Shown: positions 11,001 through 19,978 of the stretch, in pieces | Layout of the letters: the number at the start of each line of letters is the position of its first letter | Position numbering within the stretch: the first letter of the stretch is position 1 | DNA from: an uncultured Clostridia bacterium | Lineage (GTDB): Bacteria; Bacillota; Clostridia; TANB77; CAG-508 | Length of the DNA stretch: 64,000 bases | Direction: 5' to 3' | NCBI GenBank assembly: GCA_934130285.1 | Contig: CAKOXT010000006.1 | Location: 19,115 to 83,114 of the forward strand | Position numbers and translations under genes: made by a program | Notes under the pieces: model-generated | The model's database searches: none | Told to the model about the DNA's origin: nothing | The model's input: only the letters and a program-made list of their open reading frames with translations

Positions 11001-14000
11001 TCTTTATTATCCATTATTCTATAATATGGGAAATCTGCTACAGTTTCTTCATTTCTCTGTAATTTTTCATCAACAATAGAAACTTTAAAACTTCCATCAG
11101 TATTTTTATATTTTGTTGGTTCAACAAGTGTATAATTTTCATCATAATAATCCGTAATTTCATTAAACTCTACATCATTTGTTTCCGAATTATTATAAAC
11201 TCTTACAACATATGTTACATAAACCCTTAATTCAGTTCCTTTCTTTATGTCTTGAACCTCTTTTATAGCATTTTTGTATCTTTGATATGATTGATATGCT
11301 AAATCAGTAGAATATAAACCTAAAGAATATTTATACTCTGAACTTCCTGTTTTTCTCTTTTCAAGAGTAGCTTTCAAAGTAGCCTCATAATCAGAACTAT
11401 TTTGAACATTATCTGAAGTTCCTCCAATAGAATTAAACTGTTTTGTAAGTTTTTGTTCATTAACAACCATTGTTACCTTATATAAGTCTTTAAGAACACT
11501 CATATCAGTATATGCTCTTCCTTGAAGACCTAAATTTATATGTAACATATATTCTGCAATATATCTTTTATTTTTATCACCAGTCTGAACAGCAACACCA
11601 TTCATATTATATTTCCATCCTTCAAGAGGATACTGGATTCTGAAATTATTTCTATCATGCAATCCTTTCATATCAGTATTATCATAATATGTACTTGCAG
11701 ACATTCTATATCTTGCATATTCAGCTTTATCCGTGATTTTCTTATTTTCATTATCCTGGTTTTGAGCAGGTGATTCCAATTTTGAATCAATAAAAGTAGT
11801 ATCATTTGTTGCAGTTGTTTTTTTACCATAGTAATTTAAATTACCACTAGCTCCCTTACCAACACCATTTTCATCTGTTGTATATGTTAAACCATTTGTA
11901 GAATCATTAGCCTTGATTGGTTCTTCACCAGTAATCTCTCCAAATGATTGATCAAATGCATATCTATCTACAACTTCTTCAACAGCCATTGAACTCGTAG
12001 AATAATAATTTGGATTATTTTTGTAATTAGCTGCATATCTTTGACCAGCCCTACCATTCACAACGCTATTTCTGTCTGACATATAAATTGTATGTCTATA
12101 AACTTGTCCATCATATTCAAATTTTACTACATAGAAATAATTTGAACCAGTTCCAGGTGCTTCTAATCTATCAATTTTGTAATGACCATTTGCATCTGTA
12201 TATTGTGGCCAACTAATTTGAGTTCCATTTGCATTATGTGCTATAGCTTTTTTTCTTTCATTTCCTGAAGTATCGTATAAATAAACTGTTACAGCTATAT
12301 TTTTTAACGGTGCATCATTACTTTCTTTAATACCTATTACTGTATTATTAGTTTTTTCTGGATTAGCATCACACCAGACATCTCCTTCTAGCCTTGTTGT
12401 TAAATCAATACTCCAATTAAATACTCTTGATGGATTAGCAGAACCAGTTCCACCATATCTGTTTCCAGCATATGATCTGGAAGCTCCTGTACAATAAGCA
12501 ATATCCTGTATATCCTTATCTTTGCTTATTATTTTTGATGAATATTTAACCCATACATGATCTATATGGTTGTAATAGAAACCATGTGGACATAATTTAC
12601 CAGGAGAACAATAATCTGGATCTTCGGAATCACCATGATTATGTGAGCTTAAGTGTCTAGAACCTTCATCACACAACTCCCAGTCACTACATGTACTTGA
12701 TTTTACAACAGCACTCCATTGTATTTCTTCAATATTTCCTTCATATAATGTATAACCACCACTAGCTTCTAAATATCTAAAATAAAATTTAAGATTTACA
12801 ATGCTTTCTATCCCCTCTTGATAATTTATTTCAATATAAAAATTTTCTTTTGTATGTGGATATACATTATATGATGAAGGATATTTACTTACATTTCTTC
12901 CAGAAGCATATGTTATTCTCCAATCAGAATCAAATTTTAAGCTCGCATTCCTTCCATCTTTTCTTACAATCAGTTCCGGTATACCAGTCATTCCACATAA
13001 TTGTGTTGTACCAGTATATCTTTCTAGATATTCCACACTAAAAGGTCCAACTTTATACTTTCTATTTGTAGCATCATATTCAACTGTTACTTTAGTTGAT
13101 CCATCACTATATTTAGGTGTAACATCTTTTATTGTATTATCATATCCACCCGCTGCTACTATTCTATCCCACATCTCTCCAAAATCTGTTGCCTCTTTCC
13201 ACAAACTAGTTGCCTGTAAATTAACATTTCCTGTGCTTGAAGATATAAGTTGATTTATTTCTTTATTTAATTGATTAATTCTATCATTTGCTGCCTTTAT
13301 TTGCTTGTTCAATCTAGTAGCCTCTGATGCACTTACGCCTTGAGAAATTTGATGATTCCATTGTGCTATTTGATATTGCAAGTTAGTAATTTCTTCCTGT
13401 TTAGCATCAGTTTGATTACTAAATGGTAAGTTACCACTATCAAATAAACCTGATTGAATATTTCCACTAGTTGCATCAGGCGTAATCATTGCCTGCCAAA
13501 AAGCAACCTGTACATAAGAGCCTATTGGTGCACCTACATTATATTGGCACTCTGCTAATATGTATGCTAATGCACTATTTTTTTCATTTTTTCCAGAAGT
13601 TTTTCCATTTGGTTTAAAGTGTGTCATACCTGTAGTAAAAACATTAATAGTTGTTTCTGAAGAACTCGTTGAAGCAACATCTGTTCCAATTCCTAATTTA
13701 GCCTTATAATATTTTCCTGAATATTCTTCAGCATTCATTTTTAAACTAACATCCGTGAGACTTTTATGCTCTGGAGTCCAACCATTTCCACAAGTATCAT
13801 TATCAAACACATTAAAACTATCGCTCACAGGTGTAATGCTTGTTATAGTCTTATTAGCATTATGTCCACACGCAGAAGCCTCAATCGTAACTTGAGGATC
13901 AACCCTCCTAAAAAAAGTTGCTCCATGTTGACCACACAACCAAGAAGTATGACTTTTTAAATCAGGAAACCATACATTTGTAGAAGCAGGAGGATTAGCA

Positions 14001-14131
14001 TCAGGCGAATAACTAATTTGTGTCTCTACCTTTCTTGATTGATCGATAACTACATCCACAGCATATATTAGCCCTGTTGAAAGCATTACAAAAAATATTA
14101 TTATCAAAACATTTTTTATGAATCTTTTCAT
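8006..14131 (-). CDS. giant cell-surface protein, family B (signal peptide, Cys-rich N-terminal domain, coiled-coil segment, multiple SdrD-B/Cna-B-like repeats, C-terminal TM anchor plus RKRKED tail)
   Basis: 2041-aa ORF. The SD is AAAGGAGGTATGTATA-ATG. The start overlaps the stop of the upstream 1613-aa gene (TAATG). Motifs include NIAVTVYLYDTSGNERK...GHYKIDRLEAPGTGSNYFYVVKFEYDG and GNYYIYGYLAGDYILRFDYG (SdrD-B-like). The C-terminus is IAPTGIALRTYIKNYIVPIAILVGTIVIMMVMFGVKQVQIFRKRKED. Confidence 0.75.
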   Translation of the reverse strand: MKRFIKNVLIIIFFVMLSTGLIYAVDVVIDQSRKVETQISYSPDANPPASTNVWFPDLKSHTSWLCGQHGATFFRRVDPQVTIEASACGHNANKTITSITPVSDSFNVFDNDTCGNGWTPEHKSLTDVSLKMNAEEYSGKYYKAKLGIGTDVASTSSSETTINVFTTGMTHFKPNGKTSGKNEKNSALAYILAECQYNVGAPIGSYVQVAFWQAMITPDATSGNIQSGLFDSGNLPFSNQTDAKQEEITNLQYQIAQWNHQISQGVSASEATRLNKQIKAANDRINQLNKEINQLISSSTGNVNLQATSLWKEATDFGEMWDRIVAAGGYDNTIKDVTPKYSDGSTKVTVEYDATNRKYKVGPFSVEYLERYTGTTQLCGMTGIPELIVRKDGRNASLKFDSDWRITYASGRNVSKYPSSYNVYPHTKENFYIEINYQEGIESIVNLKFYFRYLEASGGYTLYEGNIEEIQWSAVVKSSTCSDWELCDEGSRHLSSHNHGDSEDPDYCSPGKLCPHGFYYNHIDHVWVKYSSKIISKDKDIQDIAYCTGASRSYAGNRYGGTGSANPSRVFNWSIDLTTRLEGDVWCDANPEKTNNTVIGIKESNDAPLKNIAVTVYLYDTSGNERKKAIAHNANGTQISWPQYTDANGHYKIDRLEAPGTGSNYFYVVKFEYDGQVYRHTIYMSDRNSVVNGRAGQRYAANYKNNPNYYSTSSMAVEEVVDRYAFDQSFGEITGEEPIKANDSTNGLTYTTDENGVGKGASGNLNYYGKKTTATNDTTFIDSKLESPAQNQDNENKKITDKAEYARYRMSASTYYDNTDMKGLHDRNNFRIQYPLEGWKYNMNGVAVQTGDKNKRYIAEYMLHINLGLQGRAYTDMSVLKDLYKVTMVVNEQKLTKQFNSIGGTSDNVQNSSDYEATLKATLEKRKTGSSEYKYSLGLYSTDLAYQSYQRYKNAIKEVQDIKKGTELRVYVTYVVRVYNNSETNDVEFNEITDYYDENYTLVEPTKYKNTDGSFKVSIVDEKLQRNEETVADFPYYRIMDNKDGAANNVWHETKDENMKGHQGESLVWDDDGSVGTMHKSTTASLDTLKIHTNQYAEIFTTYEVDLKGYQDMQYTRADIKTRVNLLGDKQNVAEISSYSTFYTKVDNDGSGLYTGFNSGWVSGKVDRDSAPNNIDTSNVINRDKYEDDTDRAIPINIAIDTHERDMYGYVWEDIKNTETGSYGIKVGNGSYDSEDKLIQNVEVTMYEVISLGKLNSDGTYNSTYDSFDYYYKVPTEYYNYGSKNAYNIDASNSENDDIVKTSSSDVQNIDGNTVQGNYYIYGYLAGDYILRFDYGTSNSIDTKETTYYSNANGSANKNEINNNVSKYNGQDYENTQFLDGQLDTLNDKYLDLTAKIDGKSFIDTAVSKARDNESRRMVVDAYSRTIENDRGELLRERNSAEFIESTRMFAETPIMQIEIEDPRTLEKPSNDLYQEKVEKDADKKQRVEQHRYTIKNINFGLEERANTDIKLEKYIKSISMIKSGEVIFNATMLENGEVIKEDTNAMHLDKLTYLSHEKAGLVQQGFYAIAVEDDYLNDLTLKITYKIKIRNVSEVDFTGKIANLYRAEDIVNMATIAPTDKLTENIIDDMKNNVDNDEGVASNATLAEILAKDDPGLKDIVIGANENRNEDTIRPKVIIYGRYVGRFYYENAISETASGTVIVKSYLNDAVQNPTVIYPADNVVKTTVDQVVDYIDIDASLDYQGSVTDATWDLSGLEKEANGYNKSLNGLLSKSSYRKISDNGLFNIYDDKDREYINNTRSNIAISYNERLGTLQSHREMSTTKDNDKDAGRVEYLNGVGAGTSRYNTDLTRELIPEAYSKLEDKQDAISNIEITVAKTASSGTDANQMKIDNLAEVLVYSNPTGRRDTNSVPGNAMAIVNNLAVGTGEQGVWYAGFNSEAYWDVAINKKVDEKPEFASLTAEEKQQKKEEMKKDWTQYPENDAWSPEYVTVIAPTGIALRTYIKNYIVPIAILVGTIVIMMVMFGVKQVQIFRKRKED

Positions 14132-17100
14132 TATACATACCTCCTTTCATCAATTTTTTTCCAAATCAGAAAGGCAATTGGTATAATTGCAATAATTGAA
14201 ACAATAATTATCGGAATAACTGAAATACTTAAACCTGTTGAAATACCAATAATTGAATCTGCATAAGATAAATCATCTTCCAACAATTTATTACCCGGAG
14301 TTGAATCAATATCTTCAATCCCCTTATCATTAGTTGTTTCTGCAATTTCAAATGTATTATGAACCAATCCTGTATTTTCTTCTGTCATATTTTTTACTAA
14401 TATCAATTTCAATTCTTTTGATTCATTTGGTTGTATAATATAATCTTCTAAACTTCTTGTACACACATTACCATCATTATCTAAATACCAATCAGAATTT
14501 AAAGAAGAATCGAACTCTAAATCGTCTGACATATAGTCTACTATTTTACTAGCATTTCCAGGTATTGTTCCTTGATTTGTAACTGTTACCACATACTCAA
14601 TCATAACCTTTGAGCCACCAACTAATTTAGGATCAATATCAACTTTACCTAGCTTTTTATTTTCAGGTATAAACTCATTGTTTTCTGCAGAATTTTGTAC
14701 AGTCATTTTATTAACATATGCATCAAGTTTTAAATCAAAAACTCCATCATCTGCTAAACCTAAATCAACATTAGCCACACTTGAATTACTTATTTCTATA
14801 TTATCTGTTAAATGATTATCTCCAACTGTAATTATCTGTGCTGGTAAATTTGAACTATAATCACTACTCAAAATATATTTAGAATCATCATAATTAAATT
14901 TAACATAGTAAATTCCTTTTTCTAAATCTCTAAACCAATATCTTCCTGAAATATCAGTAATTGCAGATGTAACTAGTTCATTTGTCTCTGAGTTATACAA
15001 GTTAGCAATTATTCCACTAATGGCTTGCTCTGTGTTATCATATTGTTGATTTCTATTTTCATCAATATAAGCAACACCAGTTACCTGATATTTATTATCA
15101 CCAGTTGTACTATCTTCTAAAAGTGTATATGTTTCTTTCTTTGTATCTACTCCAGCAACGCTATTAAGTGATATTGCATTATAAACATAGTTTTTATCTA
15201 AATTTTTTATTTTAACATTAACTAAAATTTTAGCTTCTGAATTTTCAGGTAAATATAACGGAATTGATTTATCTTCTCTATCTAATAAATCATATACAGT
15301 TTCAGCATCACCAACTACGACTTTCACGTAATCAATTTCAGCATTATCAGATACAATATTATCTAAATCAACTGAATTAACCATGCATTCTCCTATATTT
15401 TTTACAATATATTCATAGTTTAATTCTTCATCAGCATTAGAATATCCCATATCACTTTTATTAACGCTCTCAACACTAATGATTGGTTTATAATAAGTAA
15501 CATTTTCATTTTTCTCAATTGCATTCTCACCATTATTTAAATCACAAACTGTGTTAATAGTCGCAATATTTTTAGATACAGAACTATTATTACCTGTCAT
15601 TTTTAAGTTGCATTCATAATTTAATGAATCACCTGGATTAAACTCCTTAATCAATAATGTTATTTGATTATTCTCATAATCAATTTGCTCATCTACATCT
15701 ATTGAAGAATTATTAATCGCAGAAATAATAGAAAAATCGCTATCAAATTTTTTAACTATTTTCACATTATTAAATGATTTATCACTAGAATTATATACTG
15801 TAAAATAATCTGGAAATTCTGCATTCAATACTATTGGCATATAATAAATATTGTCTACCATATTTACATTATTTTCTAACACTTTACTTTCTTCTGATTC
15901 AAAATCGACTTTATTAAAATTCTTTCCTTCAACAGATGCTGCTAATTTTACAGATTCTACACTTTCATCTTTAGATAAAACATTAAATCTAATTATAAAT
16001 GAACGTTCTGAATTAGCCGCTAATTTAGCAAGATTTATTTTAGCCACTCCATTGTCAACAGTTCCTTCAAGATCATCTGCATCAAGATTTTTTACTGATA
16101 ATGATTCTGGTACATTGATTGTTATAACAATATCTTCTGCTGCTACATCTCCTGTATTTTTTAAAGTAATTTCATACTCGGCATCAGTAAATTCAGTAAG
16201 TACATCACTCTTCAACACCATACTAGCTTCAATATTTGCCTCTTTTGCAGTCTCATATCCTATCTTATTAGCAGAAGAATTTGATGAAACATTAGTAGAA
16301 GTCTCTTCATAATAAGTAGCATATGTTCCATAGAATGCATCACCAGCTTTTAAATTTGCTGGAATAACATAATCATATGAAAATTGAAGCTTAGTCTTAG
16401 GCGCTAAAACATAATCACTATTTAATAAAATCAAATATGATTTTATTGCACCCATTTTATAAAAATCTGTACGCCATCCATTATTTTCATCATATAAATC
16501 AGCTGTTGCTTCTCCATTCTCTGAATAGTAAACTGCATAAGCTAAATCAGGCTTTAAAGAAGAAATTTCTGTATCTAATATAGTATCAACTGTTGTTCCT
16601 AAATCTTCACCAGTTGTCACATCTTTATTTCCTGCAAAAGGTATTCTTCCTAAAATCTTGAAATTTGAATAACTCTTACCAGTATTATTTAATACAGTTA
16701 TATCCATTGTTGCTAATTTAGCTTCAGCACCTTCTTCAACTAGATCTGTTTCAGCACCTTGTTTTACTGAAGAAACTTTTCCTTTATCTTCATTTTCTGT
16801 ATTTTCATCTTTAGTTTCTGAAGTTTGTCCATTAACTAATTCCTCAGGAGCTTTATATGAAATTTGAACACCATCATATCCATTCATCTCATAAGAAACA
16901 TTTCCTGCCCCAGATAGCATATGCCATTCTGATTCATTTGAATATTTCTTAGAAGTAACATTATAATAGTACATTTCAACCATTTCACTAATGTTTCCTG
17001 TAAATTCATCAATCTCTAAGTCCATGTCTATAGAAATAATTGTACCATTTGTTTCCTTATTTAAATTGTAAGATTTTTGTGTTCCTGCTAAAGTAACTCT

Positions 17101-18972
17101 AATTACTTTATTGTCACCATCAATTAAAGTTTCTACATTTGCAATCTCTAATTCACCATTCGCATAAAATAAATCAGTATTCTTTATTGTCACATTTTTA
17201 ATTGCTTGAGGTAATCTAATTTCAAAAACAGGATTTTCATATAAATCAGATGTTTCTTCACTATTATTTAATCTAACTTTTAAGTTTACTCCTTCACTTG
17301 TTACTGTTGTTGGAAATTCAGTTTGAGCCATTTCAACAGTTGCTGCAGAAGTAGTTTCATTAATAGTAATTTCTGATGATACTTCACCTAAATCATCAAC
17401 AGCTCCTTCATTATATGTTGCAAATCCTTGAGAAACATTTACCAAAGCTGTAAATTCTTTTACAAAACTACGGTTATAATTAACTTTTTTAATTGCCTTT
17501 GTACTTAAAAATGTAATATTTCCATCTGCTATTGGTGAAGTTGTTAAAATTTTAATCTTAGAAATTGCCTCTTCATAAGAAACAACGTAATTTCCATTTT
17601 CATCTGCTTCTTTATCAAATGTAATTTCTGAAATTACTTCATCATTCATATTTAATATTGAAACTTTTCCTTCTTCTCCTAGAATATTAACTAAATTATC
17701 TCTAGAAAATTCTGTAGATTTATATGTAGAAATCAAAACATCAGGTGTATCTGTTGAATAAGCATTTGAATCAGAATCTACAAAATACTCATCCTTATCC
17801 ATAATTTCCAAACCAGAAATCAAATCAGCTCTACTAATATTAATTACATCTTTTTTTGTATATGTAATTGAATATTTTTCTTCATCTGTATTTGCCATTA
17901 AATATCCATTACTGATTGAATCTTCTTTGTCTTCTCTTGTATATTGAACTACATTTCCAACTGGTTTTGATAAATCATATACTACTTCTGTACTTTTCTC
18001 TTCTTTATTACCAGCATAATTTTCAATCTCTACATTGATATTATTTGTAACTACATCTTCACCTTCTTTTACACCTTTATATAAAAATGTAACTGTAAAT
18101 GAATCTTCACCAAAAGAATTAAATATTTTACCATCTTGTTCTTTATTTAAAACATTAATTTCTAATACTTTCTCATTTATAGATGAACTAATATTGCTTG
18201 CATCAATTTCATAATCTTCTCTACCTTGAGTATATGAAATTTTATTTGCTTCAACTTTTGCATCATCAAATTCCATACCAGGTATTTCTGGTATATCTAT
18301 TTTTATTTTTGAATTTTTTATAGGTAAGTTATTATTTTTATCAACTCCAGAAGTCTTAACATTAAGCTGTAGAATTTTTCCATTTTCGCCATCTTTTTCA
18401 TAATCAATATTTTTTAAGATAGTATAATCAATTTTTGTAGAAGTAGTTTCTTTCCAAGAAAGTTTTAATTCAAGTTGCTTTTCAATTTTATGCTCGTTTC
18501 CTTCATTATCAACAAATGCACCAGTAAAAGTTACTTTGTTTACTTTACTTATGTCAGATACTTTTAATGTATCTCCTCTCTTAAACTCAATTGGAATTGT
18601 AATCGTTTGAGTTTCATTTTGATTTAATACTTGAAGTTTTATTTGATTATCTTTTAATTTCACTGCTGAATCTTCTTTTACTGAAAAATTCAAATTATCT
18701 TCAAATTTCAAAGTACCACTCTTGAAATATCCCTTATTCTTTACATTTACATCAAAGTTTAAAGTAATCGAATTATTATCAGCATTACAATCAAGCGAAT
18801 TTGTATTTTCTATATTTTCACCTGAAAAATACCCTTTCACTTCTACTGAATTTTCATAATCTTCTGCTGCTAAACTTATATTAGTCAGTATTGGCATGCA
18901 TTCTAACATCATCAGTAAGAACGTTACCATCAAAGCAACTAACTTCTTAAAAATCAATTTTTTCTCTTGCAT
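14131..18972 (-). CDS. giant cell-surface protein, family A (paralog of the 1785-aa protein; signal peptide, SdrD-B-like and DUF11-like domains, C-terminal TM anchor)
   Basis: 1613-aa ORF with SD GAAGGGAAAG. The signal peptide is MQEKKLIFKKLVALMVTFLLMML. There are long collinear similarities to the 1785-aa protein, e.g. DLYENPVFEIRLPQAIKNVTIKNTDLFYANGELEIANVETL vs DVYKNPVFELTFPKEIKNINIKDMNLLYGNDELEIANVETL. The C-terminus is IIGISTGLSISVIPIIIVSIIAIIPIAFLIWKKIDERRYV. Confidence 0.75.
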   Translation of the reverse strand: MQEKKLIFKKLVALMVTFLLMMLECMPILTNISLAAEDYENSVEVKGYFSGENIENTNSLDCNADNNSITLNFDVNVKNKGYFKSGTLKFEDNLNFSVKEDSAVKLKDNQIKLQVLNQNETQTITIPIEFKRGDTLKVSDISKVNKVTFTGAFVDNEGNEHKIEKQLELKLSWKETTSTKIDYTILKNIDYEKDGENGKILQLNVKTSGVDKNNNLPIKNSKIKIDIPEIPGMEFDDAKVEANKISYTQGREDYEIDASNISSSINEKVLEINVLNKEQDGKIFNSFGEDSFTVTFLYKGVKEGEDVVTNNINVEIENYAGNKEEKSTEVVYDLSKPVGNVVQYTREDKEDSISNGYLMANTDEEKYSITYTKKDVINISRADLISGLEIMDKDEYFVDSDSNAYSTDTPDVLISTYKSTEFSRDNLVNILGEEGKVSILNMNDEVISEITFDKEADENGNYVVSYEEAISKIKILTTSPIADGNITFLSTKAIKKVNYNRSFVKEFTALVNVSQGFATYNEGAVDDLGEVSSEITINETTSAATVEMAQTEFPTTVTSEGVNLKVRLNNSEETSDLYENPVFEIRLPQAIKNVTIKNTDLFYANGELEIANVETLIDGDNKVIRVTLAGTQKSYNLNKETNGTIISIDMDLEIDEFTGNISEMVEMYYYNVTSKKYSNESEWHMLSGAGNVSYEMNGYDGVQISYKAPEELVNGQTSETKDENTENEDKGKVSSVKQGAETDLVEEGAEAKLATMDITVLNNTGKSYSNFKILGRIPFAGNKDVTTGEDLGTTVDTILDTEISSLKPDLAYAVYYSENGEATADLYDENNGWRTDFYKMGAIKSYLILLNSDYVLAPKTKLQFSYDYVIPANLKAGDAFYGTYATYYEETSTNVSSNSSANKIGYETAKEANIEASMVLKSDVLTEFTDAEYEITLKNTGDVAAEDIVITINVPESLSVKNLDADDLEGTVDNGVAKINLAKLAANSERSFIIRFNVLSKDESVESVKLAASVEGKNFNKVDFESEESKVLENNVNMVDNIYYMPIVLNAEFPDYFTVYNSSDKSFNNVKIVKKFDSDFSIISAINNSSIDVDEQIDYENNQITLLIKEFNPGDSLNYECNLKMTGNNSSVSKNIATINTVCDLNNGENAIEKNENVTYYKPIISVESVNKSDMGYSNADEELNYEYIVKNIGECMVNSVDLDNIVSDNAEIDYVKVVVGDAETVYDLLDREDKSIPLYLPENSEAKILVNVKIKNLDKNYVYNAISLNSVAGVDTKKETYTLLEDSTTGDNKYQVTGVAYIDENRNQQYDNTEQAISGIIANLYNSETNELVTSAITDISGRYWFRDLEKGIYYVKFNYDDSKYILSSDYSSNLPAQIITVGDNHLTDNIEISNSSVANVDLGLADDGVFDLKLDAYVNKMTVQNSAENNEFIPENKKLGKVDIDPKLVGGSKVMIEYVVTVTNQGTIPGNASKIVDYMSDDLEFDSSLNSDWYLDNDGNVCTRSLEDYIIQPNESKELKLILVKNMTEENTGLVHNTFEIAETTNDKGIEDIDSTPGNKLLEDDLSYADSIIGISTGLSISVIPIIIVSIIAIIPIAFLIWKKIDERRYV

Positions 18973-19011
18973 AATAACTTTCCCTTCTACTATTCGCCTT
19001 TTAGCATATCT

Positions 19012-19050
19012 AATATTTATATTAATATTTTTAATATAACTGTCAATATC
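19012..19050 (-). promoter_or_regulatory. candidate sigma-A promoter of the giant-protein operon (TTGACA -35, then TATAAT-like TAATAT/TATAAA -10)
   Basis: On the minus strand: TTGACAgttatattaaaaatatTAATATaaat, about 55 nt upstream of the 1613-aa start. Confidence 0.4.
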
Positions 19051-19237
19051 AACAATTTTCCAGCAGTACTTTGAGAATTTGTCGTTTTATTACGGATATA
19101 CAGGGGAAAAATCATTTTTTGTTCTTTATTAAGTTTTGTTTACATTTTTATAAATTGAGATTTTTTATCACACTTTTGGTATCACATTCATAATATATAT
19201 AAAAACGCTGCATATATTATGATTAGGGGGATTTAAG

Positions 19238-19363
19238 ATGAATAATTTAGATATGAACGCTCTTATGAAAATCATTTCAAAAATGGATAAAAAAGACTTG
19301 GAAGCTGGGCTTGCCAAGGCACAAGAGATTTTAAAGCAAAAGAATAATGGAAGCACTAACTAA
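19238..19363 (+). CDS. small hypothetical protein (41 aa, MNNLDMNALMKIISKMDKKDLEAGLAKAQEILKQKNNGSTN)
   Basis: Strong SD AGGGGGA 6 nt upstream of the ATG. The ORF is followed by a hairpin terminator. It is below the ORF-track size cutoff. It is divergent from the giant operon. Confidence 0.4.
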   Translation: MNNLDMNALMKIISKMDKKDLEAGLAKAQEILKQKNNGSTN

Positions 19364-19462
19364 CCAAAGATACTCTACTTTGAAAAATATTTATTTTTTC
19401 AACATTTTTATTGGTAATTGTTTAAAAATTGAAAGACATAATAATGTATTAACATTATTAAA

Positions 19463-19488
19463 GGGCGTTCTGCAAACGCCCAATTTTC
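19463..19488 (+). terminator. hairpin terminator (GGGCGTT ctgca AACGCCC + AATTTT)
   Basis: A GC-rich 7-bp stem in an AT-rich context, followed by a T-rich tail. Confidence 0.45.
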
Positions 19489-19627
19489 AATATACATAAA
19501 ATGAACAGATCAGATTTTTCAATAAATTTATTCGCGTACAAAAATTTATGAAATAAATTCTATAAACAATGTAGTATAACGACAGTAATACTACTCTCAT
19601 ATTATATTAAAAATAAGGAGGTATTTT

Positions 19628-19978
19628 ATGGATGAAGAACTATTAGATAAATTATCAAGCATACTCTCAGAAAAAAACATTAATATAAATGATATTCTAG
19701 AAAATTTTCAAAACACATCATCAAGTGAAAATGCTTCCGAAGAAACAAACGACTTCAGTAAAATAGATCCTGCAACACTTTTAAAATTACAAAAAATCAT
19801 GAGTCTACTCAACTCTAAAAAAACAAACTCAAAAGATGAAACCTTACTTTTAGCATTAAAACCATATATGAGAGATTCAAAAAAAGAAAAAATAGATCAA
19901 TACATAAAATTACTTCACATTATTAATATGTTCGAGAAATTTCAAGAAATGGGAGGAAATATAAATGACTTTTTATAA
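19628..19978 (+). CDS. hypothetical acidic/Lys-rich protein (116 aa)
   Basis: Strong SD AAGGAGG 6 nt upstream of the ATG. The 3' end overlaps the next ORF by 14 nt. Confidence 0.55.
   Translation: MDEELLDKLSSILSEKNININDILENFQNTSSSENASEETNDFSKIDPATLLKLQKIMSLLNSKKTNSKDETLLLALKPYMRDSKKEKIDQYIKLLHIINMFEKFQEMGGNINDFL

Noticed and set aside
12850-16312. Plus-strand ORFs (12850..13041, 13766..13960, 15851..16312) inside the 2041- and 1613-aa genes
   Set aside because: Antisense to long, well-supported ORFs. The 153-aa one is S/T-rich mirror translation of the Asn/Glu-rich coding strand.
19168-19356. 62-aa minus-strand ORF
   Set aside because: It overlaps, in antisense, the 41-aa plus-strand ORF that has a much better SD, and it has no RBS of its own.
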